A stretch of DNA of 64,000 nt from Balanoglossus misakiensis (GCA_040954595.2 CM082580.2:10986809-11050808); one strand, 5' to 3'. Positions 26,401 to 40,180 are shown, counted from the stretch's first letter. The notes: generated from the letters alone by a model not told the origin. Numbers and translations: made by a program.

Positions 26401-29400
26401 GCTGCTCTGTCAGCATAAAATACGTGGCATGCGTGTGAAAGGAGGGCCGATCTCGAGATGGTTTAGCTGTATCCTACAGTCACGTGATAACCATGTTCTT
26501 GATATTGAATTTGAGGTATTTACTATGTCTGGGCACAAATAGAGGTGCTATATTACTCCACTTGATAATGAACGTCAGGAAGACACAGAGCGGTCCTGTG
26601 AGTTGGTCTGCGTTGAGGATGATGCTGTTGGAAATAAAAGTAATTCCTTGCACGAAAGACACATCGACGATTGCTATGCGTCGGAAACGGTGTCTTCAAT
26701 TAACGTTATCTCAGCTCGCTATCTTTATTGCACAGACTACATGTATGTCGTGACTGACAGACAAGATCAACGTTACCAGGTTTATTAAAATTCGCGAAGA
26801 TCTCGAAAGTTTGTATCGGTTGCTAGGATACCAGAGTAATAGATAACGCGGCGCGTTTACATGGGTAGAAAACATGCTACGATTTCTCGTGCAGCTAGGG
26901 CGCCCTGCATCGGAAAATTTGATATCATAATACTTCAGAATGGTCACCGAACTCTCCCCACAGGCAAAAGTAGTTAAACATGATATATGATGCCAGTAAT
27001 AACCGACGTAGAAAGAGAGTTGTGTTTCTCCCATAGGGCAAGGCAGATTTCGTGTATTTCAATTTTAATGGTCGCCATTTATGTCAGAAGTTAGCAATAT
27101 AAGTGTGTTAAGTCTACAGGACACGACTAATTTGATCGCAAAAACGTCATTCCGTACACTGCAAATAAACCATCCTTCATTTGATTATATTTCTAACGAC
27201 TACAGTAGGGTGCTATTGTTTTGTCATAGTGTCTTATGGGGGACTGTTTTTGGAAAGTAAGTCACGTGTCACATTGAAAGTAGCCCCTTGGCAGATATAA
27301 TATCACGTGATCATAAAGCCAAGGAATCCTTCGGTAAACGGCATCTTATGGACATCGCTGAGTTGTCATGGAAACAAAGTATTTGGGTCGTATGAGCACG
27401 AATATCAGAAAATAATCCCACCTTTTGCATCAATCCGTCAATTAAAGGCTCCTTAGTTTGTGCCAGCTTACCACTGTGCAATTTGCGGCCATAAAAACAG
27501 CCGCTGATTGATACACCTTTTAAAAGGTATTTTTTGATTAATTTAAGATATTGATGGGGATGGTAACCCTTGATTTGGGGGGGGTGACTGTGCCGTGACG
27601 TCATTCCAGGAATTAATCTCTACCTGTGCAATTCACCCGCCGTTGCAGCTGCTCCGCGTGCATTTGGCTCACGATACACCGAGTCGTGTCACCTTTGTGT
27701 TACAAGGGGACGTTTTGATCAAAGTAAATATATTTATACTGTGACTGATGTTTACGTCCCATTCCATTCAGAATTGGAAACTGGCAAATACTGGTAGTTT
27801 GGTTTGAAACTCCGATCCACATTCAACCACAACCGGTTGGACATGTTAATTTTGCAGATTTTCACTTTTGTGGCAGTTATTATTGCCTAGTTTGACACTC
27901 AATATTCACTTGTCCCCTTGAGACAGACATTTTGAAGCTTTATCATTTTAGTTGTGTCATGCACATAAACCATACGTCTCGTCACTATCTCCCTCGAGAG
28001 TGTTCAAAATTATAAGTTAAATCAGGTGCAGACAAAACAGATCAACGTCAGGTTAATTGAGTAAACAAAGAAACGTGCGAACGACCACAAAACCTAAAAT
28101 AAATGACGGTGACGATCAACGACGACAATAATGGACATAATATTAGTTTGGAATTAACCCCTGAAGAACAACTTTCGGAACGAACACGTTCACCTACATA
28201 GCAGTATTAAATTTAGAATGAGAGAAAATCGTTATTACACCCAGCGTGTGATTGGAATTCTGGGGACGTGAACTATACCTACATGTATGTACTATTAGAA
28301 TCAGGGGTTAGCACAATCTAGTTCGCACCCGGCCTCAGGTTACTTTCTGTGCCATTCGAACCAAAGCGGCATGAGAACAGACATCTACGAATGACCCTGG
28401 CGCAATCGCTGGCATCTTCTTCACATTAAATTTCCGTAATGCTGTCGGCCTGTCGAGTACGATCAAGTTCTATCTAAAGTGGATGATACGTGTGGCAACG
28501 TAATATTACAAGTACTGTCGCGAGAATGATTCACATCGAAATGATGTCCTGTAATTTATAAATTAAGTGATTCCTCAAAACTTTACGTGGTATGCAACGA
28601 AAAACATTCGAGTTCCCGGAACTGACAGAACGATCCATTCCGACCTAAATAAGGATTCTGAGAACTATGTGTATGCATGATACCTTTTTGCTGGATAAAG
28701 TAAAACCGGGGTTCACTCGGTAGCAGAGCTTTGTATACATGAAGCTACAGGTGGCGATTTCGATTGCTTTTTAATCTTGTGAATTTGCATTGTACAGGTG
28801 TCGGCGTCTTTGACACTTATCGGCAGTTTCCCCCAGGAGAACGGTTCGTCTCTCGTACATTTCATCAGAACCATCCCACAGGAACAGGTTCGCCCCACAA
28901 ACATCGAACCTTTGAGTGGGTTCCTTCACCGATCTTTAATTGGATCTGCTTTCAAATAGGGACCAAAGATCAAATGCTGTATCAGGGAGGAGGTTTGGCG
29001 TGACAGAAGAAGTCGGTTGGGTCTTTAGATTAGGCACTGCTCGTTTGGTGTAACGTGTTAAAAATCATGGTAAATCATGGACATTGTATTGACCAAAATC
29101 GTCCAAAATCAAGGAAATCTTCATACAAAAAAGTTTTCATTTCTCTCCAGAATAGCACAAACTATATATGGGGTGATAAATGCATGGATATATGTGAAAA
29201 TCAGTTTGAAAATCTCCTCATTGAATTGCATTTAACCTTCGGCTAATTTATCCACCCTCGCATTCGTCTTTGACAGGAAGGTTAATTATTTTCACACTCA
29301 GCCGATGCATTACAGAAAAGAAAAATTGGAGTTCGGTTTCATTCTATGACAGGTAGATTTGAAAGATTGCAATTGGATTACTTACTGGGGCAGAAAGCTA

Positions 29401-30392
29401 TCTCGGTGATAAAATCGACAAGCATATCTAACCGTCCCTGTTGGGTACTTGTGCCCATGTACTGGCCACTTGGGTTTTCTGAGCAGAATGATGGTCGTCG
29501 AGACGGAGACCCCCCGGGGATGCGAATGTCCGTGGAACTAATTACCCCAAAGATTTAATGAAGGGACGAAGAGAAATCTTACACGTTAATCAAGATCTAA
29601 GCAATCTTCATCCGAGTGTCTTTTGATTTCATGAATATGATGAGCGGAATATATACGCCCTGTCTTGCGGCAAACCAGATCAGTAATATCCAGCCGAACT
29701 TCCGCTAACAGATTACACTGTATTACCCTCCTGTACCTTTTGGAAAGCCGGGGTCCGATTTTAAGAGCCCTACTTTGTCATTTGACACATGGCTCATTTT
29801 TCTCCCGTGATTAAAACCGTGACAGTAATCTTTTTGCCTAAGGAAATAGCATACATGTATACTAGCATATTCATTTGTTTATGTCCGAAATGCTGTTTCC
29901 ATTGCATCGATACCCGTAGTTTTGTGGTTGAAGTTTGCATCAGAGCATATCGTAGTATTCCCGTGCGTGCTTTGCCTGTCGCTGGGCTTACCGATTTCGG
30001 GGAAAAACTTGACTCTAAAAGTTAGATTTTCGTCTGTAAAAAGTACCCTGCCACCACCCATTTTAATTATGGTTTTGTCTTACCGATTAATCTGAAATGA
30101 GCGTATAGTATACGATTCAAAGTAATCAACGAGGTCCCAGACAAAAAAAGAAGCGCACAACACGTTTTCTTCGGGGAAGTGCGCGGACGGAACACAATAT
30201 ACTCCCGCGACAGCTCTGATCGATGACTCGGCTCTCGAATTAATGCCATTACTTGTGAGAAGTGAATGTACATTACCGGACATGTCAAACTTAGACAAAA
30301 ATAATCTTTCCCCATTTTCACCGCGTGGATAATTGATGGAACATATCAGGGGGCTAGTTTGATGTAGACTAAACGGAAGTCTTTTTCTCGGT

Positions 30393-30490
30393 GGAAGGTC
30401 GTAGACGAGCGCGGGGGGGGGGGAGGAAGGTCGTAGACGAGCGCAGGGGGGGGGAGGAAGGTCGTAGACGAGCGCAGGGGGGGGGGGGGA
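30393..30490. repeat. G-rich minisatellite, 3 copies of about 31-35 bp
   Basis: GGAAGGTCGTAGACGAGCGC(A)G9-13A repeated three times. Confidence 0.92.
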
Positions 30491-31408
30491 ATCAGCGTTT
30501 CCAACAACGACTGTGCCAATGGCATTCCTCGCGCCTTATTGCTCATTAACTCTAACTTGGGGAGTACGATTCTGAGTTTGTTGTTCATATCGTGCAAGTA
30601 TATAAGAAGACGACGGGAGGCTCCTCGGTAAAAAGTGTGTCTAGTGTTGTCATTACTCGCCAAGACAAGAGGCAATCCATACAACAGCGGGAGACGACCT
30701 TTCTTTCGTCAATTACAGTGACATTGGAAACTTTTCGACCGATCTGCATCAATTTTCCGTTCCGGAACTCAGTCCTAGCCGTCCTTCGCTATGTGAAGCA
30801 CCTTTTTTTGTTTTCTCGTCGAACGCCATGGAAGAAATTTAAGCAATCGGATGAGCCAGGTAATTTCGCCACCCCATGCACTCCCGGACAGAAGCGAACA
30901 TTGGGAGAAATCTAAAGTGATCGCCCTGCACGCTACATGAACTTTTCCCCCTGACAGGACTGAAACATTCACAGCGGATAAACGATACCAATTTCTTTCT
31001 CTTTTTTGTGTCCAAACGAAAAAAAACGAAATCCCAGAGTACGCATTACCTGCGCTGAAACTAATTTCAGAGCTTGCTGTCTTTTTCTGAAAATAGACAG
31101 TTCCCGGAAGAAAAGCAACAGCAAGCACATACATGTATTTGTTATTTGGTCTCATTTGAATGCGAAGAGAAATCGGTGTTTTCCTCTAAGTCGCTGAGAC
31201 ATTAGTTCGGAAGAAAAGAAGCTGTATATTTTGATCCCCGTCACCCGTGCGCTTACAGTCTGCGACACAGACCTGCGAAGTTACTAACTGTATTACCAAA
31301 AATAACACCGAAGCGAAAAGTTGAAAACAGAGAACAAGTCGGTATTCCTCTCATTCAGTCTGACATCGCCTTCATCTCTACTTTCTTACTAAACATTCGA
31401 CGAACAAT

Positions 31409-31416
31409 TGACGTCA
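31409..31416. promoter_or_regulatory. Perfect CRE palindrome TGACGTCA overlapping the exon-B start codon
   Basis: aatTGACGTCAtg: the last A of the palindrome is the A of the ATG at 31416. Confidence 0.4.
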
Positions 31417-31689
31417 TGATATCGGCACGGTCGCCCGCTACTCTCTGGTGTAGCGTTTTGGTCGTGGCTGTCACAAGTCACATAAGCGCGGGCACCACTC
31501 CGTCCCTCACGACGGTTTACCCGACATCGGTCCAGAGCCTCCTGGATTTCGGAACGCCCGAAGATATCCAGAACTTGCTCAACATCACTCTGCAGGAACT
31601 CCAGAAAATGATCACTCCTCACTTCACGTTCCATAACCTCTCGTGTGACGATGCCGCTGCAGGTCATAAGAAATGGAACTTCTCCAACG
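31416..31689 (+). CDS. CRHR: CRF/DH44-type receptor, alternative first coding exon B (complete signal peptide, Thr/Ser-rich stretch, Cys1)
   Basis: MISARSPATLWCSVLVVAVTSHISAG-TTPSLTTVYPTS...HNLSCDDAAAGHKKWNFSN+G, then donor gtaagg. 274 bp, ends in phase 1. Sequons NIT, NLS, NFS. In frame with exon 38878. Confidence 0.8.
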
Positions 31690-33199
31690 GTAAGGCGTTT
31701 CTGTGACTTCCTGAATTACTCAGAACAGGACAGGTTACTTGGCATTTGAAATGGTTGCCGGTTGCATGGTCAAACTCGGTACGGCTGACTTCGGTCTAAT
31801 GTGAGCTACGTATGTAAGGGTCCCCTTCATAAACATTGCGATTTCGTTTCAGACTGGTTCAAAACCCGTCGCAATTTGGCAAACATCTCTTGATCATGCC
31901 ATGTCCTTTATCAACTAATTTCGGTCGATCTTTGATTCAATATTTATAACATGGTGGGACGTAACGAGAGCACAGTAAATACACTTAATGAAGGGATGCT
32001 TTGCAAGCCCTTAGCTTAAAAAATCACCAAACTCTTTTCGGCTGAAAAACAAGAACGTCCACAACATCCAATGACATCGCGCCAAATAATGAGCGCGCAG
32101 CTGTACGCAATTTCCCATCTGAAGAAAGTGTGTACTTTTTACAAGGGATTAGAGTGGGAGTGAGCCCAGCGACTTTGTGTTTGCGTTTGGCGAAATGAGA
32201 TCTCATATCCATATTAAGCCGAGCATGAGAACCTTACGAGGGTTTTGGTCGCCTTAGTAATGTTTTTATTTCGTGTGGATTCCTCTTATATATAAAACGT
32301 GTTTTCTGTCGCAGTGATATGTGTGTTTCATAAATATATATACAAAGAAACACTGCCACGTTCAGGACATTGTCTTCAGTGCGCGACGCGGTGCAAAACA
32401 CGGCGCATTTAGCAATGAATCAGCCGCGTACTGCCTTTGATAAAAATGGCTGATAGACTGTCGCTTATTATGTTCGCGCTGAGTTCTGCTCCCCTCATAT
32501 GCACGAACTAATTGGATAGTCAAGGAATCGAGAGAAATGTGAATAATCCACTAGCTGAGACACACAGTCAAAGATGAAAGTGAGCGATATCGGTTCGGTG
32601 ACAAAAAAGGGATTCCGGACGAAAGATAAAAAAAAATTTAAGGATTCATGCCGAAATCACCGTCCAAGGAATCCTGAGCGTGTCATCTTGACGTCGAGCG
32701 TCATATTTGACACAGAATGTATTTCAAAGGTTGCCGGATCAGTTTCGTCATATCACCTTTACGTAAACAAATACCACGTAATTGAAGAAAAGCTCAATTC
32801 ATTGCCCCTTCTATCGAAAATAAACCACGCACAAGACCATAACTACGGGATGGTTCTTTGCGATATTGCTCATTTAGCATTCTCACCCCCTGGCTCCGAT
32901 GTTTTTCTCACTCCTCAGCGCGTCATCTTCGCCGATCAATAGATAGGCTAATCACGAACACCTCGAAGCTATTTAAGCGTGCTTGTTTTGGACAAACATT
33001 GTTAACCTTCGCAATTCGAGCACGCAGTAACGGTTTGCGTCAATTTTTGTTTGCTTGGTTTGATGTGCACCGTTTCTGAACGAGTTAACGTCTTGTGGAT
33101 GTTGGCTGTAGGGTATAGATTGCACTGTATCGTCCAAATATTGCTTTGAAAAGAGGTTACGGAAGAACCTTTCAATTCTTTGCTCTATATAAGTGTGTG

Positions 33200-33370
33200 A
33201 GGTGCCTCCTTGAAAACAATGAAGAAAACAGCGTACTCACCAACTTTTTTTCATAAAAATCACAACCTTACATTTTCTCCATATAATAAACGCAGAGATT
33301 GGCAGCCATCTTGAATTTAATGTTTGGGACAATTTTGCTTTGTCATGCAAAAAATATATGACCCACTTAA
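33200..33370. mobile_element. Possible degenerate non-autonomous DNA-transposon (MITE) fragment
   Basis: Contains ttctccata...gattggcagccatcttgaattt, a motif I associate with interspersed repeats of marine deuterostomes. A loosely related atggtcgccattt segment lies near 27030-27080. No TIR or TSD identified. Confidence 0.25.
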
Positions 33371-36300
33371 TCAATCAGTCATTCTGTCTATTACTATTTT
33401 TATATACGTAAAACTGAAGAGATTTGCTTCCACGTACAATCTACTGTCAATTACATTCTAACTCTCATTTGCAATCTAATTAGTTTACTTGCATCTGGCT
33501 GATTTCAACAGCAGCATTCATGTACATGTATTTCACCGGGGACCTTATTATTCACAATGACTTGTTTTTCTGTAATTGTCTCATAAGTTGAAAAGCCATG
33601 GTTTTTTCTCCGACTGCCTCTGTGTCAATTGAAGCGGCTAGCGCACGCCAAGGTAAATAGGATCGATTGGAATGATAGAACATGTTGGAAAATGCTCTTC
33701 GCTCACTCTGTCCAGAAGAGATTATTAAATGTGCCTATATCAAAATGCCTTTTCCCGGAAGAACGAAGTTATCAGGATCTATGACATTATCGCATTTCTC
33801 TAGACTATATGTGAAAGTAATTGATGCAATGTCGAAGTACATCTTGTGTGAGCAGGTGAGTTTGTGCGATCAAGCGCACAACGCTAAATTCAGATTGATG
33901 GATTCACAAGGCGTGCATGTTAATGTAACCGAGATTGAAGACTTGTTTTCCCTGAAATAGCGTTCTTGAATTACGACTTATAGTACGTTCTGGTTGACCA
34001 TGTCCGTTCAAGAAGCAAGTGTCTGAGGAGTGTAGAGTTTACTAAACCTTTGGTCCGCTGTAATTAATCGTATTGAGTTTATTTGACACGTAAATGACAA
34101 GTTGGATCGCATAAATGAACTCAATTTTTCGCTTCATCTGAAGTGTGTGTGGGCGCAGCGCGAGGCATAATCTTAGCAGGCGATTACCTGTACCGCGAGA
34201 ATCACACATAAAGTTGGAAAGTAAAATCATGAAAATAATGCAAAAAGAGGCTTGATTTTTTAAAGAGATCTGAAGTTAAATGACCTTTCAAAGACTTCAT
34301 TTGGTTTGCTGATATCAGAAAGAAAATTCAATTTTTCCTGAAATGTGCAGACACAATATTAAACATCTTGTCAACATGTCCGGAAGATCATAACTAATAT
34401 AATATCGACGGTATCTGAATTCAAGAGATCATCTAGTTCATTTTAGATCTAATTTCAATTTCCCGGGGTCAAACAAGCTCGCATATGTAATCGATCTTTT
34501 TCCATTCCTTCATTCTCCCGCGAAAGATGATACAAAGTCATTTAACGAAGCTAAATTGCGAAATTTTTCTGTCTGCGAAATTTCAACGGATGTCGATCTC
34601 CTCTCCTTGATGTCATTACCTGTTTGCATAAAGGCTTTCCTCTCCAAACTTCTCCTTCTATATGCCATTTCCTATGCGACTGTTGTTTGACATAGTAACT
34701 ATCAAAACTTTAGAACGAACTAAACAGTCGAATGGGAGGACAAGCCGTGGCCGTTGGGAGTTCAAAACAAGCTTGCAGGCACTACTGGGCTAACCCGACC
34801 CAAAACAGTCAGCTGTCGATTTTGATTTTAAAAACAAGTAATCTGCGCAACATTTTCTCATAGATTACGTATACCGATCAATTACAGTTCCGTCAGGAAG
34901 GAAATTCATTTATGAAGTAATCGCACAACTCAGAATATATTTCCTAAATGACAGCACCGTTTTAATCAGAAAGTTCAGCTGTTTATTATTCATATGCTGA
35001 TGAGCTCAAGTGTTCATTTCTCCATTCCCTCGAGCGATATACAGAAGTCATGTTAGCACGTTTCACTGACTCGCAAGTGACATGCGTAAAGTAATGTGTT
35101 TTGGCCCGTTTTAATTAGTTAGCATGGTAAGTTAGAGCCATGTAATGTCTAGCCAATTTGATAAATACACAACGTTTAAATCACATCTATCCAGCCATAA
35201 GCTGGCTAATTTATACTGCCGCACATGCGGGACGGAACTGATTTTTGTGTAAGGGCTCATTCACAAATAATGTGTAGGGGGTATGGTGGATATTTGATTA
35301 ACATTTTATGTTTAGATCCCCGCTATTCCCCCCAATATTTTCATTTTAAGTCAATGCTCTCCCAGCACAATTTCAGTACTGTAAGTTTATGCGAATTCAA
35401 TGGGATATGTTTCTAGCCCCCTTATTTCCTTCGACCCCCTACCCCTTACTGATGAACTCAGCCTAATTTTGGAAAACGATGCACTCCTAATTGCCTACAG
35501 CGGGTGGATTAGTGCAGCTGTTGAAAAGTCCTGTTGCTAGGATACCGTTCGTCATGTGATTGAAAGACGTGGCTTTATGTGGGCTCCCTTGAATCCAGTT
35601 GAAATGGGGAAAGTTCGCTCGCATCAAAGTGCATTCCGTATTTCACGGATTACTGCTTCTTACGGACGTTTTTTCTTCTTCTTCAAATGACCCGGTGACT
35701 TGAATCCCGAGTTCTTGCTTTAATAACGATTACTCTGATCTGTGTCCTTGACGCATTTTGCTGTGTTTGATATCTTCAATTGCTGTTCGGTCGACTCGAA
35801 TAAAAAGTTTATAAATACAAAAAAGAGTGGGAAGACTAACATTCCAAGTTCTCATAGTGCGCTTACATCCTTAAATTATTTAGTTTGTCATGAGTGAGAC
35901 CCATTCTCTTCAGACAAAAAACAACAGCCGCCTCTTCAAGTCAAGATTGTATGTAATCTGTTCTAATGTAACTTGTATTAGTGCATCTTCTGTATATTTA
36001 AAGTGTTGTATTTAGTAATTGCGCGCTGGCAGTTACAAATGTACGTCTATGTAATGGAATATCAAAGTACACCATATATCTTTCACCTTTACGGGACTGT
36101 AATACTAAGTGAGGATGGCTGAGCTGTGAACGTTACAAGTAAATGCCACAGACGGCATATTTTATCCGTATCTATCATTTTTATAGATACAAAATACACG
36201 TGGATTAGTGATTTGCCTATCATACAAAACGTAAAAGAATCGTGGTTTAAATAACCTTGAAGGGTATGTTGACGCTAATGATATCATATTGTGTTATAAG

Positions 36301-37492
36301 CTAGAAGTGCCACCCTCTCGAATAGGGACAGCGTGTAAATTCGTGACGTTGCCGTTCCCATGGAAACATTGTCATTTCCCCATATCACATCTTTTCAATT
36401 GTTCTCGTCAGCGAAATATGATCCCACTTACAAACCACCTATAACCCATCTTCAAAATGTCAAGAATTTAGCCAGCTTGTCCTTGAAGTCGTCCACGCTA
36501 TTAAAAGCATCCTGCTCGTATGTGCCGAAAGAATTCAAGAGAGGGACCTAGCTTCCATTTTCAATCGACGAGATTGTTCAATCCGTGTACTTTGGACGGA
36601 AGTTCACTCTTACATGCGATTGATTCTTGGGGGATCTGTAATGTGAATGAGCAAGATATGCGTTCCCGCGGCGACTACAATGTACATTTGGTAGTTCCGA
36701 CCTCGTTGATGGAAAAGACAGCGGCGCTCTTGTGTAGGGTAGTCCCAGCAGGCAGTTGTGCCATAGACATTGTAGATAGAGCGGTGACGTATTGCACCGG
36801 ACTCAATCAACTGAATCGATACAACGGCATCCTGAAAGCCGAGTTCCAGAATCGTTCGCTTCTGACTGAGAAAACACGCCACAAAGAAAATCAGTTTAAT
36901 TTACAGCGATTGCAATAGGTTAAGGTCAGCGGTTGAGATAAATATAGGTTCTGCCGCACCATAAGCACTATTGATAAACCGATCACAAGCAACATACAAA
37001 CTTGTCATCATGCAAGGAAATATTTGGAGGTTTACATGTATGATGCACTATTAAGTTCATTCAGATTCCTGTTATGGCTATGTTGTCGTTAAGTGAATTC
37101 CAATTCTACTCTCACTGAAGTGTGTAAACCCTGGGGCTGTTTTAATGGAGGCACTCGAAAGTCCTGTTGTAGTCTTGCACCTTGGGCAGTGATTGGACAA
37201 TGCAGTCATTAGAGCAAGTTGACACATAACTGTCAGTAGGAACTGTGTGTGTTTGCTGAGTGAATTGGCCTAAGGACGCGGAGCTTATACCATGTCGAGG
37301 CAGATCTTTGCCATTTACGGATGAGAGGCTTTAGTACAGCGCCGACTTCTCTTGGGGAAGCTCGCTGTATTGTACACATTAGTCTTGGGAGCGAGGTGAT
37401 GGCGGTCATTTACATAGAAAATGTTGATTAAATGCACCAGTGAATACACATTCGACTTAACTGCACATCCGATAGTCTTTGGTACAGAATAA

Positions 37493-37495
37493 GAC

Positions 37496-37542
<47 letters not shown>

Positions 37543-37618
37543 CGCACACACACACAGTCAGACACAGAGACAGAGACAGAGACAGGTAGACAGAGATAAG
37601 ACATCGACAGAGAGAGTC
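37493..37618. repeat. Compound microsatellite (CAGA)n, (CA)n, (GAGACA)n
   Basis: About 11 copies of caga, then ca and gagaca runs. Confidence 0.92.
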
Positions 37619-38877
37619 ACGCTTCTGATTACTCCAGCATTCAGGTAACCAATTTTACATGTCATCAAATTTGAAATCAAAATCACCCCCTGGAAATGTC
37701 ACGGTAAACTGAGACGTAAATTATCAGTGAAATCTGATAGCTGATTTTGGATTAAGGCTCTTGGGCGCTGAAGAAAAAGAAGATAGGATCTACTCAAAAC
37801 TTTCATCGGATTCCATATTTTCATCCGCATCCGTTAGCGAAAACCTTAACAGAATCATGTCTACTATCTTCTCTCAATGCTTGACGTAACCCATGTCATT
37901 TGCAAAATACCAATTCCTTATTAATCCCCATTGCATTGGCATCATTTAATATTAAGGATCTTCTTTAATAGATATTCCTGCCGATGATCAGACGCTTAAT
38001 GATAAAATTAGAAAACGTTCAGAATTAATATCGTTCCATTAAATCCGTGGTCGATCTACATTATAATGGCAACTTAGCGCCTTGTATTAGCTAGACGTGA
38101 TGTTAGATTACATCACTATTCATCGTTTTGATGCAAGAGACGATTACTTAGTCGTTATATGACGTAGAATTCAGGACGCCACATTTGCGATGAAAAGGAG
38201 ATGAAACATGTCAAGGTTTTTCCGTGTATTTCTACCTTTAACATCTTTAACGATGAATCAATCTGGCGAGAGCGTAGTTGTGTGATTGTCGTTTTATGTC
38301 AGATGTCTAAAACATCAAGTAAACTTGACGCACTCGATTAAATCAATCATCCTTAGTCGTTGCTGATTATATAACAGAGCGAAATAATTATTAAATCGCG
38401 TGACTGACATCTGGTTCCGATAATGCGTCTGCTCAAAGTTTTAATAAATTCCCACGTAAATCATTGCAAGGTTTCATCAGCTTTCGCCCAGGGGTCGCAC
38501 ATTTTTGTGCGATATATTTTTCCTGCTGGTTCCAGCTACTTACAAATATACAAGAAACATGCCTAATCTACGATGAAGGGTTACCGTTCGTTACGTACAG
38601 GTGAATTTGTTACGGGGCCGTCCGTCACTTTCCCACAGTCCGCTGGTTCCTCGTTCTTCATTCCCTCGCCCCCAATTTCAATCATTTCATCACATCCATT
38701 TGATAGTGAATGGTTGAAGCTGTGCGGCAGTGACATAATCTTGTACTTGTGGAAAGTACAAAGTGTTAGTCGTAATCGCATGCATGCATGGTTTCTTCCA
38801 ATGTGCACTGCGCATACAGGTTTCGCGAAGTGACCTTAGTGTTATAACTGTTTGAAACGTGTGTTGCTATCTTTCAG

Positions 38878-38991
38878 GTGAACACTGTAACACAACCTAC
38901 GATTCAATCTCATGTTGGCCGAAAAGCAAACCCGGTTTGGTGTCCGTGTCCTGTCCCTCGGAGTTCAACAACCTGAAGTACGACACAACAG
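38878..38991 (+). CDS. CRHR: CRF/DH44-type receptor, shared exon: hormone-binding ECD (C-x4-D-x3-CWP...CP)
   Basis: ctttcag|GT EHCNTTYDSISCWPKSKPGLVSVSCPSEFNNLKYDTT G|gtaagt. 114 bp, phase 1-1. Class B1 ECD motif. Confidence 0.93.
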
Positions 38992-39002
38992 GTAAGTAAA
39001 AT

Positions 39003-39140
39003 TTCAGGAAGCTCAATCCCAAGGACCTTTAAATAAAGTTCATATACTCATAGTACGTGACCGACGAGGACCTTTTTTGTTCGTTTGATATCAATTTCAT
39101 GGAATTGCACCGGAAGGTTTAAGGATTGAGCTTCCTTGAA
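39003..39140. repeat. Short fold-back (inverted repeat) element
   Basis: aggaagctcaatcc (39006-39019) and its exact reverse complement ggattgagcttcct (39123-39136). Pairing extends outward with one bulge (ttca/tgaa). Confidence 0.75.
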
Positions 39141-40146
39141 TGCCGCGGAATGAATTGGGCAATTATGAGTTCGTCGATTATTTGGTCAAGTTTAGTCCAT
39201 TACTTCTTTGTGAAGCAGAATAGGTTCGTTTGGACTTGTTTGTATTTGTACACTGAAACAAGAGTTGATCGTTATAACGATCATTTTACTTATAAGTGAT
39301 CTTTTTTAATTTGAACGCATTGTAGTCCTGCATGAAGCTAACGCGGGTTTGTGTGCTGACGGTAACGTTCAACTTCATATAATTACTTAGCGTCTTCAAA
39401 AGTTCACAGTACCAGGTCATAGTGAACACTAAAGATCTGATAAACATGTATGGTATCCTTTGGTAATCACCTTGTGTTTCGTGCTTGGCACATTTTAAAG
39501 ATGTGATCAAAAATACATCTGCCCTTAAGGAAACGGGCCATGAATACGTCAAAATAGCCGCACACACTGTGCCATTCGATTAGAGCAATTTGTTCCAGGA
39601 TATTACAATCTTCTCCGAAGCCTAATTTAGGGGGTTCTGATTGTTAGGGCACAGATGTCAGCGGCCCGGCCTTGATCAAGTGAGCCAAATGCTTTAATAT
39701 TCAAAGCTGGGTATGCAGTCTACTTGCTTCTGTCTCAGACACACTTGGTTGATGAAGCAAGCATCCATGGCCTCCGTTAGTGGAAAAAAAATAAGCAACC
39801 GCTGTTAGTTCTACAGCGCCATACCCGCTGGGATAGCACTGAGCGAGACTTGTTTCAATTTTATGATATTAGCGTTGAATATTTTAATGTGTGGATAATG
39901 GGCGAGAATAACAGTGAGTTGTTTGTTATTCTGGTTAATTATTTCCCCATAGAATTGGGTTTTGTTCGGCGTCGAGACTGAGCTCCGTGGGTGTAAAATT
40001 TACCGCGTTTCCATGGTTACCAGAGAACATAACATGATTATTTGTAAATTTTATTCAGGGCCTGTTATTTTTATTTTGTAAAGTGTTACTTGATTTTAGT
40101 TGATTTATTACACGGTATATATAGTACAATGCAATGTACAAAGTTT

Positions 40147-40180
40147 ACACACACACACATACATACATGCACACACACGC
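40147..40180. repeat. (CA)n/(CATA)n microsatellite
   Basis: acacacacacacatacatacatgcacacacacgc. Confidence 0.8.
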
